A stretch of DNA of 63,478 nt from Eledone cirrhosa (lineage: Eukaryota). This document shows positions 26,048 through 41,938 of this stretch, one piece after another (the first letter of the stretch is position 1; each line of letters begins with the position of its first letter). Made by a program: the position numbers and the translations under genes. The stretch covers positions 1 to 63,478 of the forward strand of contig CAXHJY010000555.1 of NCBI GenBank assembly GCA_964016885.1, in the 5' to 3' direction. The notes below the pieces were generated by a model, which did not search any database, was not told the origin of the DNA, and worked only from the letters and a program-made list of their open reading frames with translations.

Positions 26048-27719
26048 CTATAGTCTGATGTAGAGTGAAGGCGCATTCACACGGGCCATTCTCGCCACTT
26101 TCACCCATCTTTCATAGAAACGGCTGGGGTGCAGCACCTCTCTCTCCATCCTGATCCTTCTTCCGAAATGATATCGGAAGAAACGGACCAGTTGTTGGCC
26201 AGAGAGAAAGGTGTCTGACCTCAGTCCTTTCAGACGCGTCCACCATACAACCTCTTTCGCCATGGCTATTACGCACAGAAACACGGCCTCTCCTTCGTTT
26301 TTGAAGAGGGGAGGCGGCTTGATCGTTACAATAGACTCGGTGGTCAACCTGATCGGTCCCACCCTTGACAGCAGTTGTTCGACATAGCCCCACAGATCAG
26401 CAATGCCCGAGCAGTGTACCAATGCGTGTGCAACGGTTTCCTCGTCGCACACGCATCTGGGACAGATCTTTTTCGATGGGTCCCTACCCGGGCGCCCGTG
26501 TCTGTAGAACCTTTCTCGAACGGGCAGAGCCCTTCTGTAGCATTGCCAGGCCAGGGACCTCTGGAAGTTATCCATGGGTCCCGGGCTGAATGTCCTACCG
26601 AACAGGTTGGCCAGTTCGTCCTCCTCCATGCCTAGGGCTTCTCCGAGGGCGTCGTCGCACCTGCTAACCACCAGCCCTCTATAGAATGACGAGGTGGATT
26701 CTCCACTGACAGCCGGGTCCGCCTGCCAGAGAGCCGTAAGCGCCTGGGCACACTCGGTGTGCCAGGCGCCCAGTTTTCTCGGTCTTTGCTTGACCCAGGA
26801 TTGCAGCTCGGTGAGTGAGACGAGTCTGGGAAAGGCTCGCCTCACAAACGGGGCCCACACCGGTTGACCGGAGAGGAATACCTGAAGGTGCCGTAGCCTT
26901 AATGCGTGTTTACGTATCATTAGCCACGGCATCCCCAGCCCTCCTTTCGAAGGGTGTTGACAGCAGATGGATCTCCTCACCATAGGAGCCCGCTTCTTCC
27001 AAAGGAATTAGAAGAGTGCGCGCTCCATTTTGGCAAGCGTTTCCCTTGGGCAAGGCACAACGGTCAGGCGGTAGTAGATGACGGACGCTATATAAGTGTT
27101 CGCCACCTCCGCCCGACCTTTCAGGGACAGTTTGCACTCGGCCCACTTCTGGGTCAGTGCAAACACCCTGTTCGTTACCTCACCCCAGATCTTCTCCACC
27201 TGGAGGTCTGGTCCGAACCAGACCCCGAGCAACTTCACCGGGCCCTCCGTCCAGCGCCCGACGACGCCATCGGAGGGCATCGATCTTCCCCTCCACGTGC
27301 CGAGTTGCAGACCGATCGACTTGTCCCGGTTCAGCTTAGCCTCTGTAAACCTTTCGTACTCCTCCAGTAAGGTGCCGATCGCCCCGATTTCCGAGGCCGT
27401 CGACACCATTACTGTTACGTCATCGGCGTAGGCTGACACCGCTTTCCGCAATCCCGGTTCCAACGGGATGCCCTGCAACAACTCCAACTTCCGCAGTAGT
27501 GGCTCGAGAGTCAACACATACAGAAGGGAGGAGAGAGGGCACCCCTGTCGGATGGACCGCGCGATTTCGAACGGCTTCGAGAGGTAGCGGTTCACCTTGA
27601 CCCTAGAGCAGATGCGGCTGCTGTGCATGGCATTGATCCAGCCCCTGGAAACGGGTCCGAAGCCTGCCGCCGCTAGCACCGCATCCAGGTAACCATGGTC
27701 GACCCTATCGAATGCCTTA
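26048..27719 (-). pseudogene. second Tx1/L1 ORF2 copy with one nonsense mutation
   Basis: Highly similar to 23376-25178; both ORF pieces are in the same frame, split by Gln>TAA at 27008-27010. Confidence 0.85.
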
Positions 27720-29654
27720 TAGATAGATAGATAGATTTCTTTATTTGCCACAAGGGCGCACAAGAAAAGGGGACAATACAAAGACATATGGCGGGAATTT
27801 TACATAGAATCGTGTAAAAAAAGTTTTAACATGAAAATATAACAATCGAAATCCCCAATAGGGGGATGGGTTGTTTAATACCCCATAGATAGAACAACCC
27901 TCAACTTCAGGACCGTGTTGTGCAAGTGCTCCTTTCCTCCTTTTGCTTTCTTCTCAACCTACAGGTTTATTTACAAAGAAGGCCCAATCACTCGGGCCAT
28001 TTTTGCCACAATCACCCACCTTTCAGTAAATTTCCTGGGGTGCAGTACCTCTCTCTCTCCACTCTGATTCTCCTTCTAAAGTGGTACCTAAAGAAGGGAA
28101 TGAGTTATTGTCCGGAGAGAAAGATAGATAGAGAAATAAAAATACCTAGATAGCTATATAGAGTGAGAGTGAAATAGGGATATATATATATATATATATT
28201 TATAGACAGAGAGAGAGAGGGAGAGAGAGAGTGTGTGTGAGGGGGGGTGCGAGCATCAGAAGTAAAACATCAAGAAAAGCAAAGGTAGCTATAGAACAGT
28301 TAAACATTTCTGTGCTGAATCTTTTCGTAGCCTCCATGTATTGGAAGATTTTGTTTATAGTTGGTAGATCCTGACAATATATTGTATCTCCAGTCATGGT
28401 AGTTATCTTAAAGACCAGTTTTAAATTGTTATAATGTTATATATCAAAGGTATATATTGAGTTAGAAAATAGTCTCTTACAATAAAATAGCTCTAGAAAA
28501 GAGATTTTTCCGAGCCCTATATTTATAGAGGTTTCTGATTTAGGCACAAGGCCAATAATTTTTTGACGGAAGGGAAAGTTGATTAAATCGACCCCAATCG
28601 ATTTTGCTCAAGAGCACAGTGTGCCACCTGGAATCAAATTACCAACCTTACAATCCTGAGCCAAACACCTTAACCACTAAGCTATGTACCTTCATATGTG
28701 AGAAGTACAATGAGTCAAACACACTTAAACAATGTAGCAATACTAAATACTGAGTAAAATTGGTTTCTGATTGAGGCACAAGGCCAGCAATTTGAAGGGA
28801 GATGAAAAAGTCTATTAAATCGGCCCCAGTACATTACTGGTTCTTTATTTCATGAACCCCCCTAAGGTTAAAAGACAATGATAACCTCGGTGGTATTTGA
28901 ACTCACTATAATACAACATGCACTGTACTTCTAATTCAATGACCCAGCCTTGTCACACACTGTGTCATACTGAATCTCGCAGAGAATTACGTTAAGAGTA
29001 CACGTGTCTGTGGAATGCTCAGCTAAGTTACATATACGTTAATTTCTTGGGCAAGTTATTCCATTGATCAAACAACTGAAACACTCATCATTGAAACTGA
29101 CAGAAAGCCTGTCTTATTTCTAATTCATTCTGATATCAGTTTTCAACAGATACTTAGATTTATTTATCGACTCCGTAAGGATGGAAGGCAAAGCTAATCT
29201 CGGCCGGATTTGAACTCAGAGCGAAAAGGGTCGTTAATACTATGCAACAAAGCATGTTGCCCGACGCTCTGACGATACTGCCAATCAACCACCCTTAACG
29301 ATACTGCTATTCCACCGCCCATAACGATACTGCTAATTCCACTGCTCTTAAGATTGTCACGTGTTTATAATTTCCAGCTTTGTAGATTTCAAGAATAAAC
29401 AAGAAATATATTTCCGCGAGGATGTTCTGATGAGTGGAAGCAGATTAAGATTTTTGACGACGTTGAGCAGAGGTGGGTTTTATTGAAATGTATCTCTGAA
29501 GTGGTCTGAAATTACGAGGGCCAGCTGAAAAGTTCCCTCTTATATACACACACACACACACACACACATGAAATACCGATAATGGTTGGAAGATCACTGA
29601 TGAAGGACCACTTTATTCATATGTAACCCATTTGCAACTCCGCAGCACGTTTAT

Positions 29655-29699
<45 letters not shown>

Positions 29700-29765
29700 G
29701 AAGAGAGAAGAAACATTTAGATATAATTAGTAATAAAATGTATCATACCTAAACTGTTCCTAAAT

Positions 29766-29855
29766 TCCTCGACTACGTAGTTTCGTGGCATAAACAAAAA
29801 CAATATATCATAAAGATATAGAGTCCTTGCGAGGTCTGCCGACTTATCAAGAGGA
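29766..29855 (-). ncRNA. hammerhead ribozyme, U3:A8 variant with long loop II
   Basis: TCCTC-TTGATAA-GT(C)GGCA...TGCCAC-GAAA-CTACGTAG-TC-GAGGA. Confidence 0.8.
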
Positions 29856-30360
29856 TACCTCATTTTACTAGTCTCAAGAACGCGTCTACACGACGTGAGA
29901 AAGAATCCCAAAAGGCGGAGGGGGAGATAGTCACGCGATATAACGGTCGAGAAACAGAGCTAAGCCTCTTATAACCCCGAAGAAAATACCACGGAGGCGG
30001 AGGGGGTATTTATATCGAGGCCGTAGAAGAGGTGGTGAAGAAGGCGAGAAGTATGAGTAATGGAAGCCTTCCAGCTGTCCCCACACTTCAAAGATTGCTC
30101 GACCAGAGGGAGTTATTAACAATATAATTAGAAACACACAGATACATGCGGACACACACATATATACATGAATGCATCCGCACCCAACTGTGAGTTAAGG
30201 GTGCCAACTTCACCGATGTTGCTCAATGAATGACTGGGACAGACCAATTCAGTTGAACTAGACTGAACCAGTATCAGAGTTAAAAATACATTATGAAGAG
30301 AGAAGAAACATTTAGATATAATTAGTAATAAAATGTATCATACCTAAACTGCTCCTAAAT

Positions 30361-30450
30361 TCCTCGACTACGTAGTTTCGTGGCATAAACAAAAACAATA
30401 TATCATAAAGATATAGAGTCCTTGCGAGGTCTGCCGACTTATCAAGAGGA
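30361..30450 (-). ncRNA. hammerhead ribozyme, second copy 595 nt from the first
   Basis: Same sequence as 29766-29855. Confidence 0.8.
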
Positions 30451-30883
30451 TACCTCATTTTACTAGTCTCAAGAACGCGTCTACACGAAGGTATGATACA
30501 TTTTATTACTAATTATATCTAAATGTTTCTTCTCTCTTCATAATGTATTTTTAACTCTGATACTGGTTCAGTCTAGTTCAACTGAATTGGTCTGTCCCAG
30601 TCATTCATTGAGCAACATCGGTGAAGTTGGCACCCTTAACTCACAGTTGGGTGCGGATGCATTCATGTATATATGTGTGTGTCCGCATGTATCTGTGTGT
30701 TTCTAATTATATTATATATATATATATATATATATACAGAGAGAGATCAGAAAGGGTGTGGTAAAAAACCAGGTGGACCATAACCCACCAAAGTACTTGA
30801 TACTTGGGGTAGTATAGTGGATTCGCATCTAGCTGTCGAAACGGCCGGAGCTCAGCCGTCGGGGTGGGTCCTGAATCTTTTCA

Positions 30884-30934
<51 letters not shown>

Positions 30935-30943
<9 letters not shown>

Positions 30944-31122
30944 GGAAAACACAGGTAAGCATTAAGAGAAGGATTTTATCCAGGTATTTACGACCGTTTC
31001 ATTGGTAAGTGCAACCTTATATTGCTATTTTTGCAGTATAAGGTTGCACTTACCAATGACACGGTCGTAAATACCTGGATAAAATCCTTCTCTTAATGCT
31101 TACCTGTGTTTTCTCTTTTATA
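30935..31122. repeat. ~90-bp-arm fold-back containing a hammerhead-like 3' half
   Basis: Arms are near-perfect reverse complements; GAAA-CGG-TC on the minus arm; adjacent to (TA)n. Confidence 0.8.
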
Positions 31123-31256
31123 CTTTATACTCCAAGATTGAACGGAATTCTTACAAACTTGTGGAGTTACCTCTAACCATACGTTGAAACCATCCATGAA
31201 ACTGGCTTTCTTAACCACGAACTGGATCACAATAAGCAATTTTCTGTTTCCCTAAC

Positions 31257-31320
<64 letters not shown>

Positions 31321-31321
<1 letters not shown>

Positions 31322-31790
31322 GATCTAGCCCTAGCTAGGATCTCCCAGTGTAACTTATATTGGGTGTGGTTGTCTTTTAGACTCCAGATATAAGCTGAAA
31401 GTGACGTCATATTCCTTCTTAAAGGGTTACGAAAAGAATGGGTATGCATGTAAAGACGCTGCTTGAATCTATTGGCGGTTAACCCTATGTAGGCCCTACG
31501 GGACGTGGGTGTTACAACCTTACATTTGTAGACAATGTTACTAGAGAGGCATTTCCCGGATAGGGGGCAATCAACCCGATTCCTAGAATTACAGTTAGTA
31601 CTAACTACAGGGTTGCACGTGTTCCTACGACTAGGTAGTTTAGCTAAATTTGAAGCTGTGATGTTATGTGCAAGGTTAGGAGTCGTAGAGTAAGAAATTT
31701 TAATAGTACTTCTATTAAAAATTTTACTATATTTATGTTTCGTAATAAAGGAAAGAAAGATCTTAGCTAATGGTGTAGCCCCCTCCATAT
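31321..31790 (-). mobile_element. Penelope-like element fragment, GIY-YIG endonuclease
   Basis: KIFNRSTIKISYS...CPLSGKCLSSNIVYKC...AYIGLTANRFKQRLYMHTHSF; truncated by (TA)n; a further decayed related piece lies at ~31800-32200. Confidence 0.85.
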
Positions 31791-32274
31791 TATATGGTGG
31801 GTTATACCAACAAATGCGACCAAGAAAAAAAAGGAATAACTAGGCAGGAATAAATCGTTAGAAGGAGAAAATTTATTGAGAGTTCGTTCCTTAACATATG
31901 TTTCTCTATAGGAACATCTTTCATTTTGGTACGGGTGGATGAATTTTAACACTGACGAAGAGAGTGCATTATTCTGGTTCAAGCACCAGATCGTTTTGGC
32001 CAGGCTGGTTAATTTACTTAGCCCCGGATTCTTGAATGAATGTGAATGCACATACCATCTTTTTTTTTTAAAAGGTAACCCACATACTTATATGTCCCCA
32101 AGTTCGTTTTGACCACACACTGATAAATTATGTTCTTATACATGCACTTTCCATTTAAAACACAGTTGTTGGGTTGTCTGCAGTGATAGTGTTTTCGTGC
32201 ATAGTGTATGGGGTTATTATTGGTACCTGCATTTGGTGTTGGGAGGTTGTGTCAGATTCTCATGCACACTATAT

Positions 32275-32459
32275 CATGCATGTCAAACTGAGGGTCCCCG
32301 AGGGTCACATGGGTCACATATGTGTTGTCTGAGAGCCACACATGACAACTAATTTTACGAAGATAAAACATACTGACGCTGTAAAAATATTTGAGCGGGC
32401 CGCAGGTGTGATTGTAAAGGGTCGTATGCGACCCGCGAACCGCATGATTGACATGCTTG
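32275..32459. mobile_element. hAT MITE
   Basis: CATGCATGTCAA / TTGACATGCTTG; TSD CACTATAT/CACTATAA; a related copy lies at ~51864-52105. Confidence 0.7.
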
Positions 32460-32989
32460 CACTATAATAATCCATCAGAAAGGGTGGGCTTATCCCTGTT
32501 CAGTGTGAAGGGCTGGGAAACCGTTCGCATGGTTGTTCCGATAGTAGAAATAGAGATTAGGTTTTGGTTAGGTTGCTTGTTTCTACGAGGATTGGTTTAA
32601 AAGGTCATATGCTGACCAAGATACTCTCATGGAATGACCAAATGAGGCCTATATTTCAACATAGTCCCTGGAAAGAAACAATGCTGTTATTAATAAGATT
32701 TGAAATTAACGCATGCAAGATTTCATAGCTCTAGCATCATTCGTCCAAATCAGACTATGAACTTTTCAGCCCACCCACATACTACATGATTTATTTAATA
32801 TTATATTTTAATGCTAGTCATACTGTTGTCTTAAGTTTCAAACAAAGTCGGACTAGCCATGCAGGCATTTGAATAATGTCCGGTGGCCGCTGGGCCGCTG
32901 GGCTGGGTTAAACAACAATAGCAGATAAACAAATATAAAAGCTGAAAAATAAATGTCATACCGGCTGCACAAAAGTTAAAACGAAATTG

Positions 32990-33370
32990 GAATGTGTCTT
33001 AGCTGAGCAGTTTAAAGACATCTCTGGCCCTCGACAGCCTGTAGGTCAATGTCACCTTACCTGAGAAGTGAAAACACTTTTAGCGTTCAGCAGTCTGTTA
33101 GTCAGTGTCACCTTAACTGAGAAGTGGAGACACACTTCTGGCCCTCAGTATTCCGCAGTCAGCCAGTATCACCTTAACTGATCAGTAAAAACACATACCT
33201 TGCTCATATGAGTCAGTTAGTCAGTGCTGTCTTTGCTGAGGAGTGGAAACACACCTCTGGACCTCAGCAGTCAGCACACTGTTAATAAGTGTCTCCGTAA
33301 CTGAGCAATAAAAACACACATCAGTTAACCCTCAGCAGTTAACAATGTGTTAGTCAGTGTCACCTTATCT
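32990..33370. repeat. degenerate ~60-bp tandem repeat
   Basis: Recurrent GTCAGTGTCACCTTAACTGAG...AAACAC. Confidence 0.7.
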
Positions 33371-33459
33371 CTAGCTGCAAGCAGTCAGTTTGTGGGTATC
33401 GCTCGAGTGTACCGGACCAGTTCTATGACCCAGTCCGCTTCTGATTGGAAGTTTTTTTT

Positions 33460-33930
33460 CTTCTGTTACTTCGCCCATTTATTCTTGGGAAGGTATTAGG
33501 GGAAAAGTCCTCAAACACGCCTTCCAGCGGGATCTATCAGAAGCAACCATCTCTGGCTGGATCCTCAAGCGAGACAAACCGTGATCAAGGATGTTATAGA
33601 ACCATTTTCCTCGTGGTATACCTCTGAGTCACCACTTGGTTAGCTTTGCACGTAAAATCTGGTCAACTATTTCGGAGCTGTGACCTCTCGATTCGGAAAA
33701 GTAGCAGCTCTACCTGGAGCGTCTCTCTGATCTCTGAGCTACGCACCCTATCGAGTACGCATACTCCAAAGATCCTTCAGTGTGTGTGTGTGTGTGGAAG
33801 GGTGAGAGGGTGAGAGGGGGATAATTTTAGCCGCTTGTATTTGCGATCGTATTCTTTCGGTCATTACCCAAGATTCATGACCATAGGTAAGGTTTGATAC
33901 AAATACCGAATTGAAGATAGCGAGTTTGAC
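33460..33930 (-). mobile_element. RTE (Expander/Rex3-like) LINE 3' fragment
   Basis: Reverse complement is homologous to 47370-47857. Confidence 0.65.
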
Positions 33931-33940
33931 TTTTACACCT

Positions 33941-34294
33941 AGTCTCGGGTCTAAATAATCGTTCCCCCACCCGGCTCATTAATCTTTAAGATTTTTTCAC
34001 TATCCACCGTTTATATTCCACCCTCCACAACCCGCTTATAAAATTTTGCTAATCGATCTACGGTAAAATTTTATTTTAAGTGGTAGTGACAATTAATTCC
34101 TGCGACAATCAAACATTATATAAGACTAAAAAAAAGTACATAACTGAAAATCCCATTCATTATAAAATAAATGGGATAGGTTGGGGTCTCAATATGTAAA
34201 CTAAACGACTAATTCTGGTTTTTAAAAAAAATCAACGGAATTTTTCCACTCTACTCCGGTTATCCCCCACCCCTATTATTAGGGACCCGAGAGT
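33941..34294. mobile_element. probable Tc1/mariner-type MITE
   Basis: TAGTCTCGGGTCTAAATAAT ... ATTATTAGGGACCCGAGAGTA imperfect TIRs with TA ends. Confidence 0.5.
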
Positions 34295-34784
34295 ACCTCC
34301 CCTGAATAAAAGTGATTAAGAAATCGGAATAATTAGAATTAGAGTAGTATGTGTAATATGCAGAAAATGTAGTTTCTGCCGTTTGATCGTCGTGTCGTGT
34401 CATGTTAAAGATAATGGTACTGGTGTTTCATAGCCGCTGCACAAAGATATTAATAACATATAAACAACACATTAATAAACAATTTGTCGACCTGACAAAT
34501 GACGGATGCCCGGAGCCGATTTTTTTTTTTTTAAAAGACTAGTCCGCTTCTGACTTTCACTAATTGTTCTTATGAGTGGCAACACAATAAATGGATCGCA
34601 TTTTCATTTTATCGAGGAATTTGGTGTTTTATATGGAAAAAAAAAAAAAAAAAAATCAAAACAAAAACAAAGAAAAAACAGTAAAATAAAAAAGAACTCC
34701 TTCAGTAAGATTGATATGATGGCAGAGAAATAAGGTTTCTCAATGGTAAAGTTATTTCTGTATTGAAACCGTTAAAACCAAAAC

Positions 34785-35610
<826 letters not shown>

Positions 35611-35840
35611 TACAAAGAGATACAATGGTGCATGACATATATATGATACTTTTGAGTAGATTTAGGAAAAATAAAAAAGGAAAAATTAAAAAATTAAAAA
35701 ATTAAAATTAAAAAAATAAAAATCCACGAAGTTGTCTTTAATAAATGAATAAATAAATAAATAAATAAATATTTTTCAAACAGAAACAGAACAAAATAAA
35801 ATAAAATAAAATAAAATAAAAAAATCCTCCCTTTTTATAG

Positions 35841-35965
35841 AGTACAGATTCCCAGGGTATCAGATTACTTAAAAGAAAATATCTTTCATTATGGGATGTG
35901 GATAGCAGCTGCTGAAAAGTGTCTTCGCAGCAAACTTCTTTCCCTAAATTACTTCTTTATACAAT
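35841..35965 (+). other. candidate isolated coding exon
   Basis: Acceptor CTTTTTATAG, donor GTGAGT, one open frame VQIPRVSDYLKENIFHYGMWIAAAEKCLRSKLLSLNYFFIQ; product not recognised. Confidence 0.35.
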
Positions 35966-36269
35966 GTGAGTGAGAGTCTAAGGCGTGTTTTTTTTTTTAA
36001 ATCCTTCTCTTCTTTTTTTTGTGGGGTCTTTTTTGGTCTTTTGTTTTTGTCTTTTTCAACAAAATAAACAAAAAACAAATTAGAAAAAAAACCTTATGCA
36101 AAACTATCAGAACTTTGGCGACAAATTATTTAACGATGTTTCTTTGATTAATTAGAATTTACTTTGATCTTTAGGATAGGATGACAAAAGAAGAGAAGCA
36201 CTAAAAAACCAATATATATATATATATGTGTGTGTGTATATGTGTGTGTGTATGTATACATGTGTGTGC

Positions 36270-36327
<58 letters not shown>

Positions 36328-36364
36328 GTATGTATATTTATATATATATCAGAGAGAAGAGAAG

Positions 36365-36429
<65 letters not shown>

Positions 36430-37528
36430 AAGAGAGAGAGAGGGGGTAGATAGATAAAATTAAAACAACAAAAATGACCACACATACCATACTGACAGGC
36501 TGATTTAAAAAAAAAATCGAATCTAAAAAAATAAAATACACAAAAATTAATGGATAAACCCATTTTAATTGAAGGTTCTGTGAGTAGACTACACTTACAA
36601 AGAACATTGATATGGAGATCTGACTCTTCGTGTGGAATATTCAGTTGTAGCACTCTATGATAGGGAGTAATCATCCTAATATAGATACCTTTAGTACTTC
36701 TTGATAGAGTAGACTGTAATTTAAGGATAGGATACTTAAATTTGGAAACTGTATATAACCATATATATAAGGGACTCAATTGAGACACCTTTTAATGTAC
36801 ATTGGAATAATACATTTAGTTATAGAAATCAGCTAGTTACCTCCCCTCACGCATTAACTCCCCTTAATCACACACATACTTCCGGAAAATAAAACGATGT
36901 AAATTCTCGCAACAAAAACAACCTGCTCTATAAAATTGGATTAAAGAACACTGAACCGCAACAAGCTGTAATAATTTAACTTAATACATCAAACATCCAA
37001 TACTGAATCATCGTTAATTATGTGAAGGACATATAAACTATATATTACGTTTCCTGAATTGTGAAAATGGTGGTGTATACAAAAACCATAACATTATTTT
37101 GCTTCTCGTTTATAATACTTCTCTGCACACAAGCTTCTTTATCATACACAAAAAATACTTTACCACTACAACCTCCATAATACTCTTGATTACCCGCTTA
37201 AAGTGCTTGTATTGCATATAACACATTGCCGCACAATAATCTTATATAAATAAGACACACGTGCATGCCCCACGTGTAACTATTGCATGCACTAACTACT
37301 TCAACTGACTAACAAACTATCCTCTTGCATTATCTACGTACACTGCTGATGTTGTATTTTAATTTTGCTGTGATTCTGTTTTAATATGATTTTAATTTTT
37401 GAATTTAAATTGACATGTAAAAATATTATAATGGATGTCACCCCACTGTGCATCGATATATACATATGTATCTGTATGTCTCTTGTGTTTGAAAGGAGGT
37501 CATGTATGTAAACAATCATTGAAAAATT

Positions 37529-37573
37529 GCTCCGAAGACTCCAAACCTCGGTTTGGATGAAACAATTGTAAGC
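37529..37573 (+). ncRNA. hammerhead ribozyme, U4C variant
   Basis: GCT-CCGAAGA-C-TCCAAACC-TC-GGTTTGGA-T-GAAA-CAATTG-TA-AGC; same family as 6904. Confidence 0.75.
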
Positions 37574-37602
37574 TAATAAATGGTTTGAACAGAACTTTGA
37601 TT

Positions 37603-38600
<998 letters not shown>

Positions 38601-38644
38601 TATAGCAACCAGAGAAAAACCACAGACCCTCCATCTCAACTCTA

Positions 38645-38680
38645 CTTTTGAAAAGCAGAAGAACTGCGAAACCGGTAAAG
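38645..38680 (+). ncRNA. minimal hammerhead, U3:A8 variant, in a further copy (38611-38820) of the 21622 element
   Basis: CTT-TTGAAAA-GCAG-AAGAA-CTGC-GAAA-CCGG-TA-AAG. Confidence 0.75.
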
Positions 38681-38920
38681 GAACCAAATAAATATATATA
38701 TATATTTTTTTTTAAATAAGACTCCAGTTGCATTTTCGATTTCATCTTTTTTTCTTTATACTTTCACTCGTGTAGGACACCTCGGTTATTTTTCAGTTTG
38801 TAAAAAAACCTCACTTTCTAATATATATATAATCTTTCTAATATATAAAATCAAGGTTTAGCAAATAGAGAAAAAGTTTTTAAATAATTTTTTTAAAGTT
38901 CGCTGTACTTACTATATGTA

Positions 38921-38985
38921 CCTTTACCGCGCGGTTTCAAATCCCAAAATAAATGGATAATCCAGGCGGATTTCCATTGAGAAGG
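38921..38985 (-). ncRNA. degenerate hammerhead
   Basis: CCTT-[CTCAATGG, decayed core]-AAATCC...GGATTT-GAAA-CCGCGCGG-TA-AAGG. Confidence 0.45.
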
Positions 38986-38996
38986 GGACTCTCATA

Positions 38997-39082
<86 letters not shown>

Positions 39083-39238
39083 GGTGTTGCACGAGATAAG
39101 GTATTTTGGAACGCGTGCCGCCAACAGACCTAATCGTGGAAAAACTGCATGCCTGGAAAATATGTAAAGGAAATAAACCGAATACTCTGATGGCTGGATG
39201 ATCTAAGATTTTCCTCGATGAAGCAGGAAAAAGGCAGG

Positions 39239-39642
39239 TTTTCACCTAATGTGGGACCTAGGGGATCAAGAAAATGAATTTTTTTTATGTGCATAATATG
39301 CCTTGAAATTTCGGGAAAATCGGCTAGACGTAACGCCTCAAAAAACCCTAAAAAGCTGAAAAAATGATGTTTTTCACCTGATGCGGGCCCTGGGTCATAA
39401 ACAAGTTGGATTTTCTTTGTTCAAGGTATGAACAAGAGACTGAATAATACATAGTAACAATTTCAAGGAAATCGGTCTGACGTAACGCCTCAAAAAAAAA
39501 ACTAAAAAGCTGAAAAAAACGCAGTTTTTCACCTAATGATCATAGGGGATCAAAAAGTGGAATGTTTTATGTACATAACACTCCCTGAAACATAAGTAAT
39601 ACACATGTAAAGTTTGAAAAAAATCGGTGGGATACTTCTCGG

Positions 39643-39682
<40 letters not shown>

Positions 39683-39769
39683 TACATACATACATACATA
39701 CATACATACATACATACATACATACATACATACATACATACATACATACATACATACATACATACATAC

Positions 39770-39770
<1 letters not shown>
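39239..39770. mobile_element. probable non-autonomous Helitron/Helentron-like element with ~140-bp subrepeats
   Basis: Three TTTTCACCT(A/G)ATG subunits, then AAGTTTGAAAAAAATCGG followed by (CA)n(CATA)n. Confidence 0.4.
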
Positions 39771-40733
<963 letters not shown>

Positions 40734-40782
40734 TACATACATACATAATACATACATACATACATCTTTCCTCAGTTTTATA

Positions 40783-41360
40783 CCGTAGAACAAATATTTA
40801 TTAAAATAACAGACTAAAGTTTAAGCAAAGAATCGTTGCTTTCACCCTTAACGGGATCTTCTGAAACTAAACACATCAATCTGTGAACGTAGAAATAAAT
40901 ATTTCAAAAAACCTTGCAACCGAAGGAAAGCAGGAGGACGATACTTTGGTTCGTGAAGACGTTCCCTGGCAATGAACGGATAATAGCGAACATAATACGC
41001 CATCAATGTTCGTCAGAATGTCGTAATGCAGACAGCCAGGCATACAGACAGAAGACGTTCCCTGGCAATGAACGGAAAATAGCGAACATAATACGCCATC
41101 AATGTTCGTCAGAATGTCGTAATGCAGACAGCTAGGCATACAGACAAATATTATAAGAGCGCGACGGAGATCGATAACCGGCGCCTAACACCCCTTTAAT
41201 AACAAAAAATTGAAAAATAAAAGCTGCAGTTAATATCTTTAGACCGCAAGGAATATATAAATGCAAGTTTGAAGTCAATCGGTGTAGAAATATGGATTTG
41301 TATAGACTTTGCAAAAATGAGGACACACGCACAGACAACTACAGTTTTATATATATAGAT
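40783..41360 (-). mobile_element. non-autonomous Helitron-like element
   Basis: Minus-strand start TCTATATATATAAAACTG; internal 95-bp duplication; shares sequence with 43303-43520. Confidence 0.5.
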
Positions 41361-41814
41361 GATGGCTGCCCTCTCGTTATCGAGTATGGCCATTGCACAA
41401 TATAACATTATTACTAATTATCAATTAATTCTATCGTGCGATGCCTGTGCATGAAGGTATTTTTTAAAGTGAGGAAAGACTGTGCACTGAACCAATCCCA
41501 CTCTCTGAGTCACAGTAGTTATAACCAGAAAAGAAGAAAAGATCAACATCATCGGTAAATCCGGCCACCCAAAAGTGTGTAAATATGTATATATACACAT
41601 GTACATATGTGTGTATATGTGTATATGTATGGGTGCATGTGTATGTATATCTACGGGGACATAGAAATAGTCGGGCTGGACACCCGATCGCGCGGTTAAA
41701 CCATTGGGAGTGAAGGACCCCTAGACTTTGTCAGGGCATTCTTCTAGGATATATAAGAAACCATTATATAAGAAACCATTATCTAAGAAACCATTATATA
41801 TAGATAGATAAATA

Positions 41815-41914
<100 letters not shown>

Positions 41915-41938
41915 TACATCTATTTATCTATCTATATA

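Larger units (their letters stand above)
22562..28121 (-). mobile_element. cluster of six co-oriented 5'-truncated Tx1/L1-clade LINEs in a (GATA)n tract
   Basis: Copies at ~22562-22794, 22833-23049, 23059-25185, 25260-25772, 25784-27719, 27736-28121; each 3' end reads TTTCTTT(T)ATT(T/A)GCCAC on the plus strand and abuts TAGATAGAT. Confidence 0.85.
29695..30713 (-). mobile_element. retrozyme/pLTR-like element: 595-bp unit with two HHRs plus 5' inverted segment
   Basis: Direct repeats 29695-29893 and 30290-30488; 30489-30713 is the reverse complement of 30121-30345; (TA)n on both flanks. Confidence 0.8.

Noticed and set aside
29427-29433. CTGATGA motif
   Set aside because: No stem II, GAAA or stem I partner; more likely part of an exon-like stretch
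41681-41740. Hammerhead-like CTGACAA...AACCGCGCGATC on the minus strand
   Set aside because: Needs several corrections in core and stems; too decayed to call
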